Origin: an uncultured Gammaproteobacteria bacterium
GTDB taxonomy: Bacteria; Patescibacteriota; Microgenomatia; UBA1406; HO2-37-13b
DNA: 64,000 nucleotides
NCBI GenBank assembly: GCA_964413645.1
Contig: CAYPSA010000005.1
Span: forward strand, 2,820 to 66,819
Direction of reading: 5' to 3'
In this document: positions 1 to 9,040 of the stretch, piece after piece
Layout of the letters: each line of letters starts with the position of its first letter
Numbering within the stretch: position 1 is the first letter of the stretch
The notes under the pieces: model-generated
Databases searched by the model: none
What the model saw: the letters and a program-made list of their open reading frames with translations, nothing else
Told to the model about the DNA's origin: nothing
Translations under genes and position numbers: made by a program

Positions 1-306
1 AGCGCAGCGAAGGATCTCTTTCGCCAACTCGCCTGACACCACCTCATCGGCATCTAACTGTAAAATCCAATCACCCGTACATTTTTTAAGCGCTTTTTGT
101 TTGTTAATATGAAACATTGGGTGATTCTCTTCGTGAAAAACCTTCACAATTCCCTTTTTATCGAGTTTTTTAAGAATTGAAAGCGTTTCGTCGGTCGATC
201 CGCCGTCAACCACGATGATTTCATCGGCAATGTCGTAAACCGACTCAATGCAACGGGTAATTGCGGCTTCTTCATTAAAAATTGCGAGTGCTACGGAGAG
301 TTTCAT
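1..306 (-). CDS. Glycosyltransferase family 2, N-terminal part (3' end runs off the window)
   Basis: Hand translation of the minus strand from ATG (306-304) gives MKLSVALAIFNEEAAITRCIESVYDIADEIIVVDGGSTDETLSILKK...GDWILQLDADEVVSGELAKEILRCA. VVDGGSTD and DAD (DxD) are GT2-type motifs. Absent from the ORF track because it is truncated. Confidence 0.75.
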   Translation of the reverse strand, partial: MKLSVALAIFNEEAAITRCIESVYDIADEIIVVDGGSTDETLSILKKLDKKGIVKVFHEENHPMFHINKQKALKKCTGDWILQLDADEVVSGELAKEILRCA

Positions 307-373
307 ACAGTAATTGTACTATACCTTTGTCCGAGATTTCTCGTCCTCATTTCATTCGTTCTGGAAATGACGT

Positions 374-1252
374 TCAAGTAGAACTTGATAACATCTTCGT
401 ATTAAAAAGTGTTTCAGTCTTACCTTCAAATTGCACTTTATTAATGACTAATTTATTTTCCAAAAGTGAACAATCGGTGATTTTCATGCGTTTGTCGCCT
501 ACTTTAGTCCAAATTCCGGGCCACGGGAAAAATCCGCGGAATTTGTTGTATACAGTTGAACCGTTCTCTTGGAGTGCGTTTCGAACATCAGCAAGCTCTA
601 CAAATCCATCATCTTTTTTGAGTAATTTTGTGAATGTAGCTTGAGAATGATCTTGTTGCACTGACGGCACACCGAGATTCTTCCCCGCCGCTTCGCTCTG
701 GGTCAGAATGACATGCTTAAACATCTCAAACCCCATCTTTGTCAGTTCCCTTTCCAAATCTGGCCTTTTCTCATCCGGCCCAATCTCATATTCTTCCTGT
801 GCAATAATTGCGCCGTGATCCATTTTTTCATCCATTTGCATCAGCGTGACCCCGGTTGTTTTGTCATCATTGAGTAACGGATATGCGGTTGGTGAAGCAC
901 CCCGATATTTTGGAAGTAGTGATGGGTGAATATTCCAAAATCCGTGTTTGGGCAGAGCCAAAATGTTTACGGGAATTATTTGTCCATAGGCATACACGAG
1001 CGCAATATCACTCTCAACTAGAGCTTTGTAATGCTCCGAAATAGGGTCGGGGAGGGTGGTGATTACTTCAATATTATGATTCTGAGCGAGTACTTTTACC
1101 GGACTAGGAGTGATAATTTGCTTTCTTCCGACGGGTTTGTCGGGTTGGGTTACAACAAGAGTAACTTCGACAGAGTGTAGATCGGGGTCAGTTAGGATTT
1201 TTTCCAAAAAATCTGCGGAAAATTGAGGGGTTCCAAAATATGCGAGTTTCAT
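374..1252 (-). CDS. fmt: Methionyl-tRNA formyltransferase
   Basis: 292-aa ORF. Has MKLAYFGTPQFS N-terminus, the HPSLLPKYRGASP formyltransferase motif and a C-terminal Fmt-type domain. ATGA overlap with the tyrS stop (1249-1252). Confidence 0.9.
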   Translation of the reverse strand: MKLAYFGTPQFSADFLEKILTDPDLHSVEVTLVVTQPDKPVGRKQIITPSPVKVLAQNHNIEVITTLPDPISEHYKALVESDIALVYAYGQIIPVNILALPKHGFWNIHPSLLPKYRGASPTAYPLLNDDKTTGVTLMQMDEKMDHGAIIAQEEYEIGPDEKRPDLERELTKMGFEMFKHVILTQSEAAGKNLGVPSVQQDHSQATFTKLLKKDDGFVELADVRNALQENGSTVYNKFRGFFPWPGIWTKVGDKRMKITDCSLLENKLVINKVQFEGKTETLFNTKMLSSST

Positions 1253-2343
1253 CGTGTTACATTAAATGACTTCACTTGTTCCAATAGCGCTTTTGCTTCT
1301 TCATTTTCTTCAAAATGTTTGCGTACAGGCGCGAGTAGTTGGTCAATGAGTGAAGCGACGGTGTTTTTTAAGTCCATTGGGTGAATTTCTTTGCTCACAA
1401 ACGCCCCCTCAAGTGCCTCATATGAGGTAAACGAGACATTTCCACCAAATTTTTCTGGTCGTTCAATGGTGATTTCGCTCAGTCCCAATCTTTCAAGCGA
1501 CTCAAAGATGATATATTTACAATATTCCAAAATTGGATTTTCTTCCACAATTCCTTCGGGACAATATGCTTTTGCAATTTTTCGAGAAATTTCTTCTGTC
1601 GAATCGGTCATGAAAATTGCGCTGTCAGGGTTGGATTTAGACATTTTCAAGTCGATTGTTCGGGTAACGGTGTCTGTCCCCTCGGCGACTGGTTTATGTT
1701 GTAAACCCAGTAACATATGATGACTGACTACAATTGGTTTTTGGAATCCTAACTGGTTAGCAATTTCACGTGCTAACATGTTAACTTTTCGCTGATCCAT
1801 GCCTAGTTGAGTTACTTTTGCATCTAAATAAAATACATCCGCGGCTTGCATGGCAACGTACATAAGCTGTGCTAAGGTGAGGCTGTCAGATTCTGCGCGG
1901 CCAATAATTTCTGCTGAATGGGCAAAGCGTTTAATCGAATTCGTTTTGGCGATTTTCATGACGAGTTCCCAGTAAGCGGGGTCTTTGACCGTGTCGCTTG
2001 CCCACAAAAATTCCACATGATTCATATCCATTCCTGCAGCTTTCCAGACTTCAATGAAATATTTCCCAACCGTTTGGATTTTTTCCAAATCACCATCCAT
2101 TTTGTTGTTCAAATACGCATGCCAGTCGGCTACCAACATTTTAAAATGGGCGCCGGTTGCAATGGCCTTGTTTACATTAATTACTCGTAAAATTCCGGCG
2201 GCAATATGCATTTGCCCCGAAGGTTCAAAGCCGTCATAACAGGTAAAGGAGTCATTTTTAGAGAGAAAATCGATGAGCTCTTCTTGGGTTACAATTTCTT
2301 GCCCAACTTCATTAAGGAGTTTTGCGCGTTCGTCGGTGGTCAT
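1249..2343 (-). CDS. tyrS: Tyrosyl-tRNA synthetase (archaeal/eukaryote-like short class I type)
   Basis: YDGFEPSGQMHIAAG (HIGH-like) and KMSKSNP (KMSKS) motifs. A separate bacterial-type trpS is present, so this one is TyrRS. Start moved to ATG 2343 (MTTDERAKLL), which lies 6 nt downstream of a TGcTATAAT box. Confidence 0.8.
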   Translation of the reverse strand: MTTDERAKLLNEVGQEIVTQEELIDFLSKNDSFTCYDGFEPSGQMHIAAGILRVINVNKAIATGAHFKMLVADWHAYLNNKMDGDLEKIQTVGKYFIEVWKAAGMDMNHVEFLWASDTVKDPAYWELVMKIAKTNSIKRFAHSAEIIGRAESDSLTLAQLMYVAMQAADVFYLDAKVTQLGMDQRKVNMLAREIANQLGFQKPIVVSHHMLLGLQHKPVAEGTDTVTRTIDLKMSKSNPDSAIFMTDSTEEISRKIAKAYCPEGIVEENPILEYCKYIIFESLERLGLSEITIERPEKFGGNVSFTSYEALEGAFVSKEIHPMDLKNTVASLIDQLLAPVRKHFEENEEAKALLEQVKSFNVTR

Positions 2344-2349
2344 GGAAGT

Positions 2350-2358
2350 ATTATAGCA
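2350..2358 (-). promoter_or_regulatory. Extended -10 box (TGcTATAAT) 6 nt upstream of tyrS ATG; leaderless-type promoter
   Basis: Minus strand reads ...tttTGcTATAATacttccATG. No Shine-Dalgarno sequence is possible in a 6-nt gap. Confidence 0.5.
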
Positions 2359-2463
2359 AAATAGAATGATTTCTCGCTCGATGATGTATATTGCTCGCAA
2401 TTCACCCCTCGGTCCCCCCAATTGACTTCGTAAAATATTATCTTCGCTCGAATCGGCTCTATA

Positions 2464-2796
2464 TTATTGACTAATTACTTCTGTAGGCTTGATCGCTGGA
2501 GTCGGCTCTGTACACGTAATCAGCACGCTCGACTGCCGTACCCGTAATTTTGACTCCGGCGAAGCCAGCTTGTACACCGTTTTACAATTTTTATCCGTAA
2601 TTTCCCTCAAAACTTGTGCGGGAATTCCCAAAGCAACGGTTGGGGTAGGTGTGAGGGTAATCGTGGGAGTGGGGGAAGGGGGAACGTACACGCTGTCGGC
2701 AAGCCCCACATGTTTTCCATAGCGAAAACCCATTAAAAACAAGGCTATACAAGCTAAGACGGCAAGGAATAGTAAGGATCGGATGTTTTTGGGCAT
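2464..2796 (-). CDS. Hypothetical membrane-anchored protein
   Basis: 110 aa. N-terminal TM helix (LLFLAVLACIALFLMGF) followed by a Pro/Thr linker (PPSPTPTITLTPTPT). Confidence 0.6.
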   Translation of the reverse strand: MPKNIRSLLFLAVLACIALFLMGFRYGKHVGLADSVYVPPSPTPTITLTPTPTVALGIPAQVLREITDKNCKTVYKLASPESKLRVRQSSVLITCTEPTPAIKPTEVISQ

Positions 2797-2808
2797 GTGC
2801 TAAGTATA

Positions 2809-3153
2809 CTAGAGTTGATTCAGATCTTCTTTGATTTCGTTAAAATCTTCATCAATATTGCCAACCTCAATTGCATCGGCTTCCGTTGGTTCTTGAATCT
2901 CAATCGTTCCGGTTGGTTGAATTTGGACATTCTCAGTAGATTCTACTTGTTGGTTTGCAGGAGTCGTGTTTGAAACGCTCATGTATAGGTATCCAAGAAT
3001 TACAATAATAATTGCTCCGATTCCTAACCAAAATATTGGTCTCTTGAACAGCGGAGAAGAAACCGCACTCGTTGTTACTGGATTTATTGGGGTACTTGTA
3101 GGTAGTACTTTAGAATCTAGCGTTTGTACAGAGTTGGTTGTGTTTTCTTCCAT
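2809..3153 (-). CDS. Hypothetical single-pass membrane protein
   Basis: 114 aa. Central TM helix (IFWLGIGAIIIVILGYLYM) and an acidic C-terminus. Tightly packed, starting 2 nt after the upstream gene's stop. Confidence 0.55.
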   Translation of the reverse strand: MEENTTNSVQTLDSKVLPTSTPINPVTTSAVSSPLFKRPIFWLGIGAIIIVILGYLYMSVSNTTPANQQVESTENVQIQPTGTIEIQEPTEADAIEVGNIDEDFNEIKEDLNQL

Positions 3154-3155
3154 AT

Positions 3156-3833
3156 TTATAGAGCGTTTACTGATCGAGCCGCTTTTACGGTTGCTTGTTT
3201 TGCGTCGGTTACGAGTTTATGAACTGTACGTAAGTCTGTCTGCATGCCCGAAATGGTTTCTCCGACATCCATTCTCAATTTATCCTCGGTAGAGATTGTT
3301 ATAGTGTATGTTTTTCCAGTTTGAGCGGTAACCGCTGTTTTTGCAGCGGAAATTGCCGTTTGGGCAGCGGTAATATTCGCTTGTGCTTCAGTGGTATCTT
3401 TTCCAGCGGTCTTGGCTTCGGTTGCTTTTGTTTGAAGTCGAGTAAGAATTTCGGTCAATTTATCAAGCGTTTCCAAGAATCGATCGGTTGCACGTTTATT
3501 TACTGTTGCAAAATGAGTGTCTAATTTTGCAACGATCTTTTTTTTGCGTTCATCTTTTAATCCTGCAAGTTTTTCTTTAAATTCTGCTCGAGAATCCATT
3601 CTGGCTTGGTTATTTTCAGCTACGGCACTTTTGTATTCTTCCCGAACGGTTTCTTTACCATTAATAACTGTTCTTTGATAAACGCGGCTTGTGCCACTTC
3701 CGGTGGCGTTTGTTTCCATTTTTACATACGTATTGCCTTCGCGAACCTCAAGCGTGCTTGCCTGTACAATGGGAACAAATGTGGATGAAAGGATAGCGAA
3801 TGTACACATCACCTGAAAACTTCTGGTGCTCAT
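3156..3833 (-). CDS. Hypothetical secreted Ala/Thr/Lys-rich helical protein
   Basis: Signal-peptide-like start MSTRSFQVMCTFAILSSTFVPIVQA at ATG 3833. The ORF-track start at 3851 is GTG. A consensus promoter lies just upstream. Confidence 0.6.
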   Translation of the reverse strand: MSTRSFQVMCTFAILSSTFVPIVQASTLEVREGNTYVKMETNATGSGTSRVYQRTVINGKETVREEYKSAVAENNQARMDSRAEFKEKLAGLKDERKKKIVAKLDTHFATVNKRATDRFLETLDKLTEILTRLQTKATEAKTAGKDTTEAQANITAAQTAISAAKTAVTAQTGKTYTITISTEDKLRMDVGETISGMQTDLRTVHKLVTDAKQATVKAARSVNAL

Positions 3834-3842
3834 ATGACAATT

Positions 3843-3870
3843 ATTATACACTGGTGAATGGGTTTGTCAA
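3843..3870 (-). promoter_or_regulatory. Sigma70-type promoter TTGACA-16-TATAAT for the 3833 operon
   Basis: Minus strand reads TTGACAaacccattcaccagtgTATAATaattgtcatATG, with 9 nt between the -10 box and the ATG. Confidence 0.6.
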
Positions 3871-3890
3871 ATCTGCGTAATTTTCACTCC

Positions 3891-3918
3891 TTGACATCTC
3901 TATAGAGTAGTTTATAAT
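3891..3918 (+). promoter_or_regulatory. Sigma70-type promoter TTGACA-16-TATAAT upstream of the rho leader
   Basis: TTGACA at 3891-3896 and TATAAT at 3913-3918. It is divergent from the 3843-3870 promoter and would give a ~285-nt 5' leader before the rho ATG at 4210. Confidence 0.55.
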
Positions 3919-4209
3919 ACTACTGATCCTCCTTACTAAAGAGGTTCAGAATATTGAAAAGTTTTTCTAACAAGTTCTTTTCTTAGGGTGCTCGCCCATA
4001 AGGCGAAAAGACGGCGTCTTTGCATCCTCCCGTGTGTTAGGTGGTGCAGGCTCGTTTACCCTTTTTTCATAAATCAAAGAAAAACTTTCATTCCCCTCTT
4101 TTTAAGGAGGGTCTTTTTAGCCCAGTCGATGAATGCTTCTCCTCGTTTGAGGTCAAGAAATGCAATGAGAAATTATTTAACTTCTTTATAAATTTATATA
4201 TCTATCCCT

Positions 4210-5616
4210 ATGTCGGATAAAAAAACCGAAGATCTACTAATCGATGATCTTGTATTCGAATCTGAAGCTAATGCAGCTTCAACTGTTAAAACCCCTGATG
4301 CGCTCGATTTGCCAGGAGAACCTATTGTTATTGATCGAGCAGATGTTGCAGCACCTATGCCTGAAGATATGCAAGCTGATTCATTTCAAAATGTAGCGCC
4401 TAAAAAAGCTTCATTTACGCCTGCAAACGTAGACGCGTCAAGCTCAACTGGCTACGGAGAAGTGAATTTGGAAGATCGTATTAAAGACGACTTGAAAATG
4501 GCTTTCCCAGGAAGCGGTGTTCTTGAAGTAACTTATAACGGATTTGGCTTTTTACGCCCAAAATTCACTCCGTCACCTGACGATATTTACGTTTCCCAGT
4601 CACAAATTCGCAAATTTTGGCTTCGTCCAGGCGATCATGTAGAGGGCTTAGTTCGCCCTCCAAAACAAAACGAAAAATTCCATGGTTTGCTTAAAATTGA
4701 AAAAATTAACGGCGTGGTTATGAATGACATGGAAAGTTACAAGCGTAAGCGCTTTGATGATCTAACATCTATGTACCCGGATCGTCAAATTAAACTTGAA
4801 ACCGAGCCCGATATTCTTTCAACCAGAATCATCGACCTTGTTTCGCCAATCGGTTTTGGACAACGTGGACTGATTGTTTCTCAGCCAAAAGCCGGAAAAA
4901 CAACCGTGCTCAAAAACATTGCTAATGGAATTACTAAAAATTATCCCGAAGCACATTTAATGGCTATTTTAATCGGCGAACGACCAGAAGAAGTAACCGA
5001 TTTAACCCGTTCTATTAAAGCTGAAGTTATTGCGTCGCACTTTGATGAATCACCACGTGATCAAATCAAGGCCGCAGAAATTGCGCTTGAACGTGCAAAG
5101 CGTTTGGTCGAAGTCGGCCGCGACGTAATCATTTTGCTTGATTCAGTTACTCGTTTGGCTCGTGCGTACAATTTCTCAGTCGAAACGTCGGGAAGAACAC
5201 TTTCCGGAGGATTTGATCCAGCAGCGTTGTACCCAGCTAAAAAATTCCTCGGTGCCGCACGAAACTGTGAAGAAGGGGGAAGCTTGACCATTATTGGAAC
5301 TGCCCTGGTAAACACCGAATCACGCATGGACGACCTTATTTACGAGGAATTTAAGGGGACCGGAAACATGGAAATTCACCTGGACCGCAAATACGCGGAA
5401 AAGCGCATTTTCCCAGCTATCGATATTCAAGCGTCGGGAACGCGAAAAGATGAGCTTTTAATGAGCAAAGATACCATGGATAAAGTCACCATTCTTCGTC
5501 GCATGCTTGGATTATTGTCCGATGACGAACGATTGACTGCCATGATCGACAAACTCGGCAAGACCAAGAATAATCAAGAATTTCTTGATAATTTGATTAC
5601 CGCGGGGAAGAACTAA
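4210..5616 (+). CDS. rho: Transcription termination factor Rho (with N-terminal acidic extension)
   Basis: 468 aa. Has a CSD-like RNA-binding region (GFGFLRP...YVSQSQIRKFWLRPGD), Walker A motif SQPKAGKTT, and the RecA-type core ...LLDSVTRLARAYN.... Confidence 0.92.
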   Translation: MSDKKTEDLLIDDLVFESEANAASTVKTPDALDLPGEPIVIDRADVAAPMPEDMQADSFQNVAPKKASFTPANVDASSSTGYGEVNLEDRIKDDLKMAFPGSGVLEVTYNGFGFLRPKFTPSPDDIYVSQSQIRKFWLRPGDHVEGLVRPPKQNEKFHGLLKIEKINGVVMNDMESYKRKRFDDLTSMYPDRQIKLETEPDILSTRIIDLVSPIGFGQRGLIVSQPKAGKTTVLKNIANGITKNYPEAHLMAILIGERPEEVTDLTRSIKAEVIASHFDESPRDQIKAAEIALERAKRLVEVGRDVIILLDSVTRLARAYNFSVETSGRTLSGGFDPAALYPAKKFLGAARNCEEGGSLTIIGTALVNTESRMDDLIYEEFKGTGNMEIHLDRKYAEKRIFPAIDIQASGTRKDELLMSKDTMDKVTILRRMLGLLSDDERLTAMIDKLGKTKNNQEFLDNLITAGKN

Positions 5617-5645
5617 GACCTGAGCGAAGTTGAAGAGTTATGAGT

Positions 5646-6200
5646 CTACTCCTCAAAACTCTGTGGATATAACACTTCCACTTCATCACCTTCTTTAATA
5701 AGTCCTGCCGCAAACACGAGTGCAGTTAGGCCGCGTTTGCCATAGGCTGCTTTTGCAAAGCGCAGCGCAGTTTCCTTTTTTACATCCCGCTTCATCATAT
5801 TCTCTGAAACGACTACACACGGTAAATTTTCTGAGGTCACGTACAAAATAGCATTTCTAGGAAAGCGCAAAAATGAACCAGCAGGAACTTTCGTAAGATT
5901 GGGCAGTCCGCTCAGAGTGATATTTGCCTCTAGATCATCGGGTAATGTTTCAACCCCTACCTCTGCGGAAATCTCTAATAACTCTTCCTGCGATATAATG
6001 GTCACCGCGCGCAGATTGGCAGTCTCAATTCCCTTTGAAAGAAGCCGAGCGGTTCGCACATCCGCATTGCGTGTTTTTCCAAAATGCCGGTCATGTTTGA
6101 TTCCATCCAGCAGTATCTGAAGCTTTTCAACATGAATAGGTGGTTGACCAAATGGTTGTGTAATGAGGAGTTTTTCTATCTTAGCTTTAGCGATTTTCAT
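5646..6200 (-). CDS. MOSC domain-containing protein (YiiM-like)
   Basis: 184 aa. ...GIKHDRHFG... and EANITLSGL...PAGSFLRFPRNAILYVTSENLPC resemble the MOSC beta-barrel with its conserved Cys. Confidence 0.55.
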   Translation of the reverse strand: MKIAKAKIEKLLITQPFGQPPIHVEKLQILLDGIKHDRHFGKTRNADVRTARLLSKGIETANLRAVTIISQEELLEISAEVGVETLPDDLEANITLSGLPNLTKVPAGSFLRFPRNAILYVTSENLPCVVVSENMMKRDVKKETALRFAKAAYGKRGLTALVFAAGLIKEGDEVEVLYPQSFEE

Positions 6201-6206
6201 AGTGTG

Positions 6207-6215
6207 ATTATATCA
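6207..6215 (-). promoter_or_regulatory. Extended -10 box (TGaTATAAT) 6 nt upstream of the MOSC gene ATG
   Basis: Minus strand reads cgTGaTATAATcacactATG. Confidence 0.5.
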
Positions 6216-6327
6216 CGGGAATATACCACTCTCTCAAATTTCCCTGATATTTTACTTCCAAATAACAGTGTCTGCATAAGAATTAGACCGTCATAATAGT
6301 CTTTTTAGAACTCTAATTAATAAATCA

Positions 6328-6336
6328 TGCTATAAT
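6328..6336 (+). promoter_or_regulatory. Extended -10 box (TGcTATAAT) 5 nt upstream of ATG 6342
   Basis: Sequence is caTGcTATAATacagcATG. Confidence 0.5.
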
Positions 6337-6341
6337 ACAGC

Positions 6342-7418
6342 ATGACATACACGCGTGGAGAATTCAGGTCAGAATTGCATGAAGCCGGTAGGAAAGTAGT
6401 GAAACTCAGTGCTTATGGATGTCTCGCAACTGGGATAATGCTCGTGGCGGGTGCTATGTACGGGTTCAAAAAGCTTACATCAGGCACAGAATTAGCAGAC
6501 CTACAACTAAATGGAACTTCAGCACAATCTGAACCTAGCGCTACCCAAGATCCTGCTGTTTCAACGGAAGTTGCATTGATAGCTACAGCCCAAGCGCAGG
6601 CGCAAGCAGCTGGAATTGAGCTACCTGATATTACCGATGAGGATATTGAAAAATATGGCGATTCTCCTGATCAACTTGCACTAGGCGTGGGATTATCAAT
6701 CTATGATCTTCCTCAGTATCTTGATGACCAATCGCATCTGACAGGTACTGCTGTTGAAATTGGGAATGATAATAACTGGCGAACATTGGCCGTAGGAAAT
6801 CTTCGGGTCGCCATGAATAATAGATCAAGTCAACCTTATGTTATAAACACTGAGTTACTAGGAAAGTGGTTTGAAACCTTCGGGATGACTGATGAACGGG
6901 TTACTGCCAATACGCCACTTTTTTATGTTATTTCTGACGCCTATTCTAAGCCCCTAGAGCAGCAAGTAGATTTCACATTACAACAATATACTGAAAATGG
7001 AGGGTTACCACAAGGAATGATGTATCCTTATTGCCTAACTAGTACTATCCCTCAATTGGAAATGTTAGGTAACGAAGCAACATCAATATCGTTCGTGTCG
7101 ACTAATGCACTTAAGACAGAACTCTCATCATTGTATGAAAAGGCAGCCGTAGCTGGTGCACAAAGTTTTAGCGTGGGATTTGGTGGCACACAGAGTAAGC
7201 AGTTTGTTTTCACCGGCAATCAAGAAGTCGATAGTACGAATCTTATGAATGCATGCGTTATTGGAGAATTCAAATTAGGATATCAAACAAGACAAAAAAG
7301 TCTTCCAGAGCTAGCAGATATACAATTGCGCAAAGCCGCTGATTTCGGGTCTTGGGTTGAAGTTGGTGAGCAATTCACCGATGCAGCGGGTAATTTTCCA
7401 GACCCGTTTATACGATAG
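6342..7418 (+). CDS. Hypothetical membrane-anchored protein
   Basis: 358 aa. N-terminal TM helix (LSAYGCLATGIMLVAGAMYGF). No motif recognised in the rest. Confidence 0.6.
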   Translation: MTYTRGEFRSELHEAGRKVVKLSAYGCLATGIMLVAGAMYGFKKLTSGTELADLQLNGTSAQSEPSATQDPAVSTEVALIATAQAQAQAAGIELPDITDEDIEKYGDSPDQLALGVGLSIYDLPQYLDDQSHLTGTAVEIGNDNNWRTLAVGNLRVAMNNRSSQPYVINTELLGKWFETFGMTDERVTANTPLFYVISDAYSKPLEQQVDFTLQQYTENGGLPQGMMYPYCLTSTIPQLEMLGNEATSISFVSTNALKTELSSLYEKAAVAGAQSFSVGFGGTQSKQFVFTGNQEVDSTNLMNACVIGEFKLGYQTRQKSLPELADIQLRKAADFGSWVEVGEQFTDAAGNFPDPFIR

Positions 7419-7440
7419 ACTCTGATATATAAAATCCCTC

Positions 7441-7470
7441 TTGACATCCCATTCTCATATACTCTATACT
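7441..7470 (+). promoter_or_regulatory. Promoter TTGACA-18-TATACT for gdh
   Basis: TTGACA at 7441-7446 and TATACT at 7465-7470. The ATG is at 7481, 10 nt downstream, with no SD. Confidence 0.45.
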
Positions 7471-7480
7471 ACCTGGTAGT

Positions 7481-8806
7481 ATGCAAGTGTCAGATCCATT
7501 TCAAAACGCCATAACCTTCCTCGATGAAATTTCATCGCTTCTTTCAAAAGAATCAAAGCCCTATTTATCACGGTTAAAGACTCCTAACAAAGTCCATTCT
7601 GATATGCTGGGGGTAAGTATGGACGATGGAACGACTAAAAAGTTTCAAGCCTACCGAAGTCAACATAACGATGCTCTTGGTCCATATAAGGGTGGAATTC
7701 GATTTCATCAAAACGTCTCGGAATCTGAAGTTAAAGCGCTTTCTCTATGGATGAGCTTGAAATGCTCAGTTGCAGGCCTGCCACTGGGTGGTGGAAAAGG
7801 GGGAGTTATTGTAGATCCTAAAAAACTCTCTGCTAAAGAATTGGAAGCCCTTTCGCGCGCGTATGCGCGATTTTTAGCCCCTCATATTGGACCTCGGGTA
7901 GATGTTCCTGCTCCTGATGTAAATACCAACGGACAAATCATGGCATGGATGCTTGATGAGTATGAAAAAGTAGTCGGGCATTTGGAACCAGGCGCATTTA
8001 CGGGCAAACCCCTTATACTCGGGGGAAGTATGGGTCGTGATAAAGCAACAGGCTTTGGTGGCGTGCTAGCATTGCGATTCTTGATTGAACAGTTGAAACT
8101 CAACGACTCATCCGATCACTCGGCATGGTACATGAAACCAATTTCTCAAATAACCATTGCGGTACAAGGTTTTGGAAATGTGGGGTACTTTTTTGCCAAG
8201 ATTGCCAGCGAAATGGGATTTCGAGTTGTTGCCGTATCCGACTCTAAAGGAGCTACATACATTGAAGCAGGGCTTGACCCTGTTGCTACCATGGAGTGTA
8301 AACAGGAAAAGGGTAGTTTGGCAGGGTGCTACTGTAAAGGAGGCGTGTGCGACCTTAAGAACGGCAAAATGATGAGTAACGAGGACCTTCTTAAGCTCCC
8401 GGTTGATGTATTAGTTCCTAGTGCTCTTGAAAATGCTATTAACAGCGACAATGTTGCGGGAATTAAAGCGCAGGTCATAATTGAAATGGCCAATGGTCCG
8501 GTTACTCCCGAAGCAGATGAGGAGTTAAATAAGCGAAACGTATTGGTGGTACCGGACATTTACGCAAACTCCGGGGGAGTATCTGTATCATATTTTGAAT
8601 GGGTACAAAACAACTATGGATACTACTGGCCAGAATCTGAAGTCGATGAAAAACTCGAAAAACAAATGAAAACATCGTTTGACAAGATCTTTAATAAATA
8701 CATAGAATTGAAGTCAAATAAGAAGAATGTAAGCTCATTACGTAAAGCAGCCTACGTTCTTGCCGTAGAACGCATTATTTCAGCAGAAAAATTACGACGA
8801 CCATGA
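7481..8806 (+). CDS. gdhA: Glutamate dehydrogenase (Glu/Leu/Phe/Val dehydrogenase family)
   Basis: 441 aa. Has the catalytic-Lys region GPYKGGIRFH...GLPLGGGKGG and the dinucleotide fold VQGFGNVG. Confidence 0.88.
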   Translation: MQVSDPFQNAITFLDEISSLLSKESKPYLSRLKTPNKVHSDMLGVSMDDGTTKKFQAYRSQHNDALGPYKGGIRFHQNVSESEVKALSLWMSLKCSVAGLPLGGGKGGVIVDPKKLSAKELEALSRAYARFLAPHIGPRVDVPAPDVNTNGQIMAWMLDEYEKVVGHLEPGAFTGKPLILGGSMGRDKATGFGGVLALRFLIEQLKLNDSSDHSAWYMKPISQITIAVQGFGNVGYFFAKIASEMGFRVVAVSDSKGATYIEAGLDPVATMECKQEKGSLAGCYCKGGVCDLKNGKMMSNEDLLKLPVDVLVPSALENAINSDNVAGIKAQVIIEMANGPVTPEADEELNKRNVLVVPDIYANSGGVSVSYFEWVQNNYGYYWPESEVDEKLEKQMKTSFDKIFNKYIELKSNKKNVSSLRKAAYVLAVERIISAEKLRRP

Positions 8807-9039
8807 AACCCAAGCAAACTAGTATTGATAGCAGAATCAACCGCCTTGTTGGTCAAATAGAGGGCATTCGGCGCATGATTAATAGCGATCGTGATTGCGA
8901 AGATGTTGCTCAGCAAATTTTAGCTGCTCGCGAAGCACTTTCAAAGATCGGCCTACTAGTACTCAAGGAAGGTATCTGTAAAACATCCTCAAACCGCAAG
9001 AACACCGAAGAAATCCTCGAGAAGGTATTTAGGATATAA
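8803..9039 (+). CDS. CsoR/RcnR/FrmR-family (DUF156) metal/formaldehyde-sensing repressor
   Basis: 78 aa. INRLVGQIEGIRRMINSDRDCEDVAQQILAAREAL is the typical DUF156 helix pattern with a sensing Cys. The start overlaps the gdh stop (ATGA). Confidence 0.75.
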   Translation: MKPKQTSIDSRINRLVGQIEGIRRMINSDRDCEDVAQQILAAREALSKIGLLVLKEGICKTSSNRKNTEEILEKVFRI

Positions 9040-9040
9040 A

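Noticed and set aside
1-25. AGCGCAGCGAAGGATCTC at the window start, which resembles the intergenic GAGCGTAGCGAAGAATCTC motif at 10986-11004
   Set aside because: At 1-25 it lies inside the GT2 reading frame (…ELAKEILRCA) and reads as normal coding sequence. With only one intergenic copy seen, I cannot call it a repeat family.
282-2239. Plus-strand ORFs 282-644, 1391-1720, 1918-2190 and 2054-2239
   Set aside because: All lie antisense within fmt and tyrS, which have clear family motifs. These ORFs have non-ATG or context-less starts and low-complexity products.
3925-4209. SRP (4.5S), 6S, tmRNA or RNase P RNA in the rho upstream region
   Set aside because: I could not find the conserved SRP domain IV motif (GGAA tetraloop flanked by AGCA), the tmRNA ends or the RNase P GAGGAAAGUCC box. 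The region is kept only as an unassigned leader.
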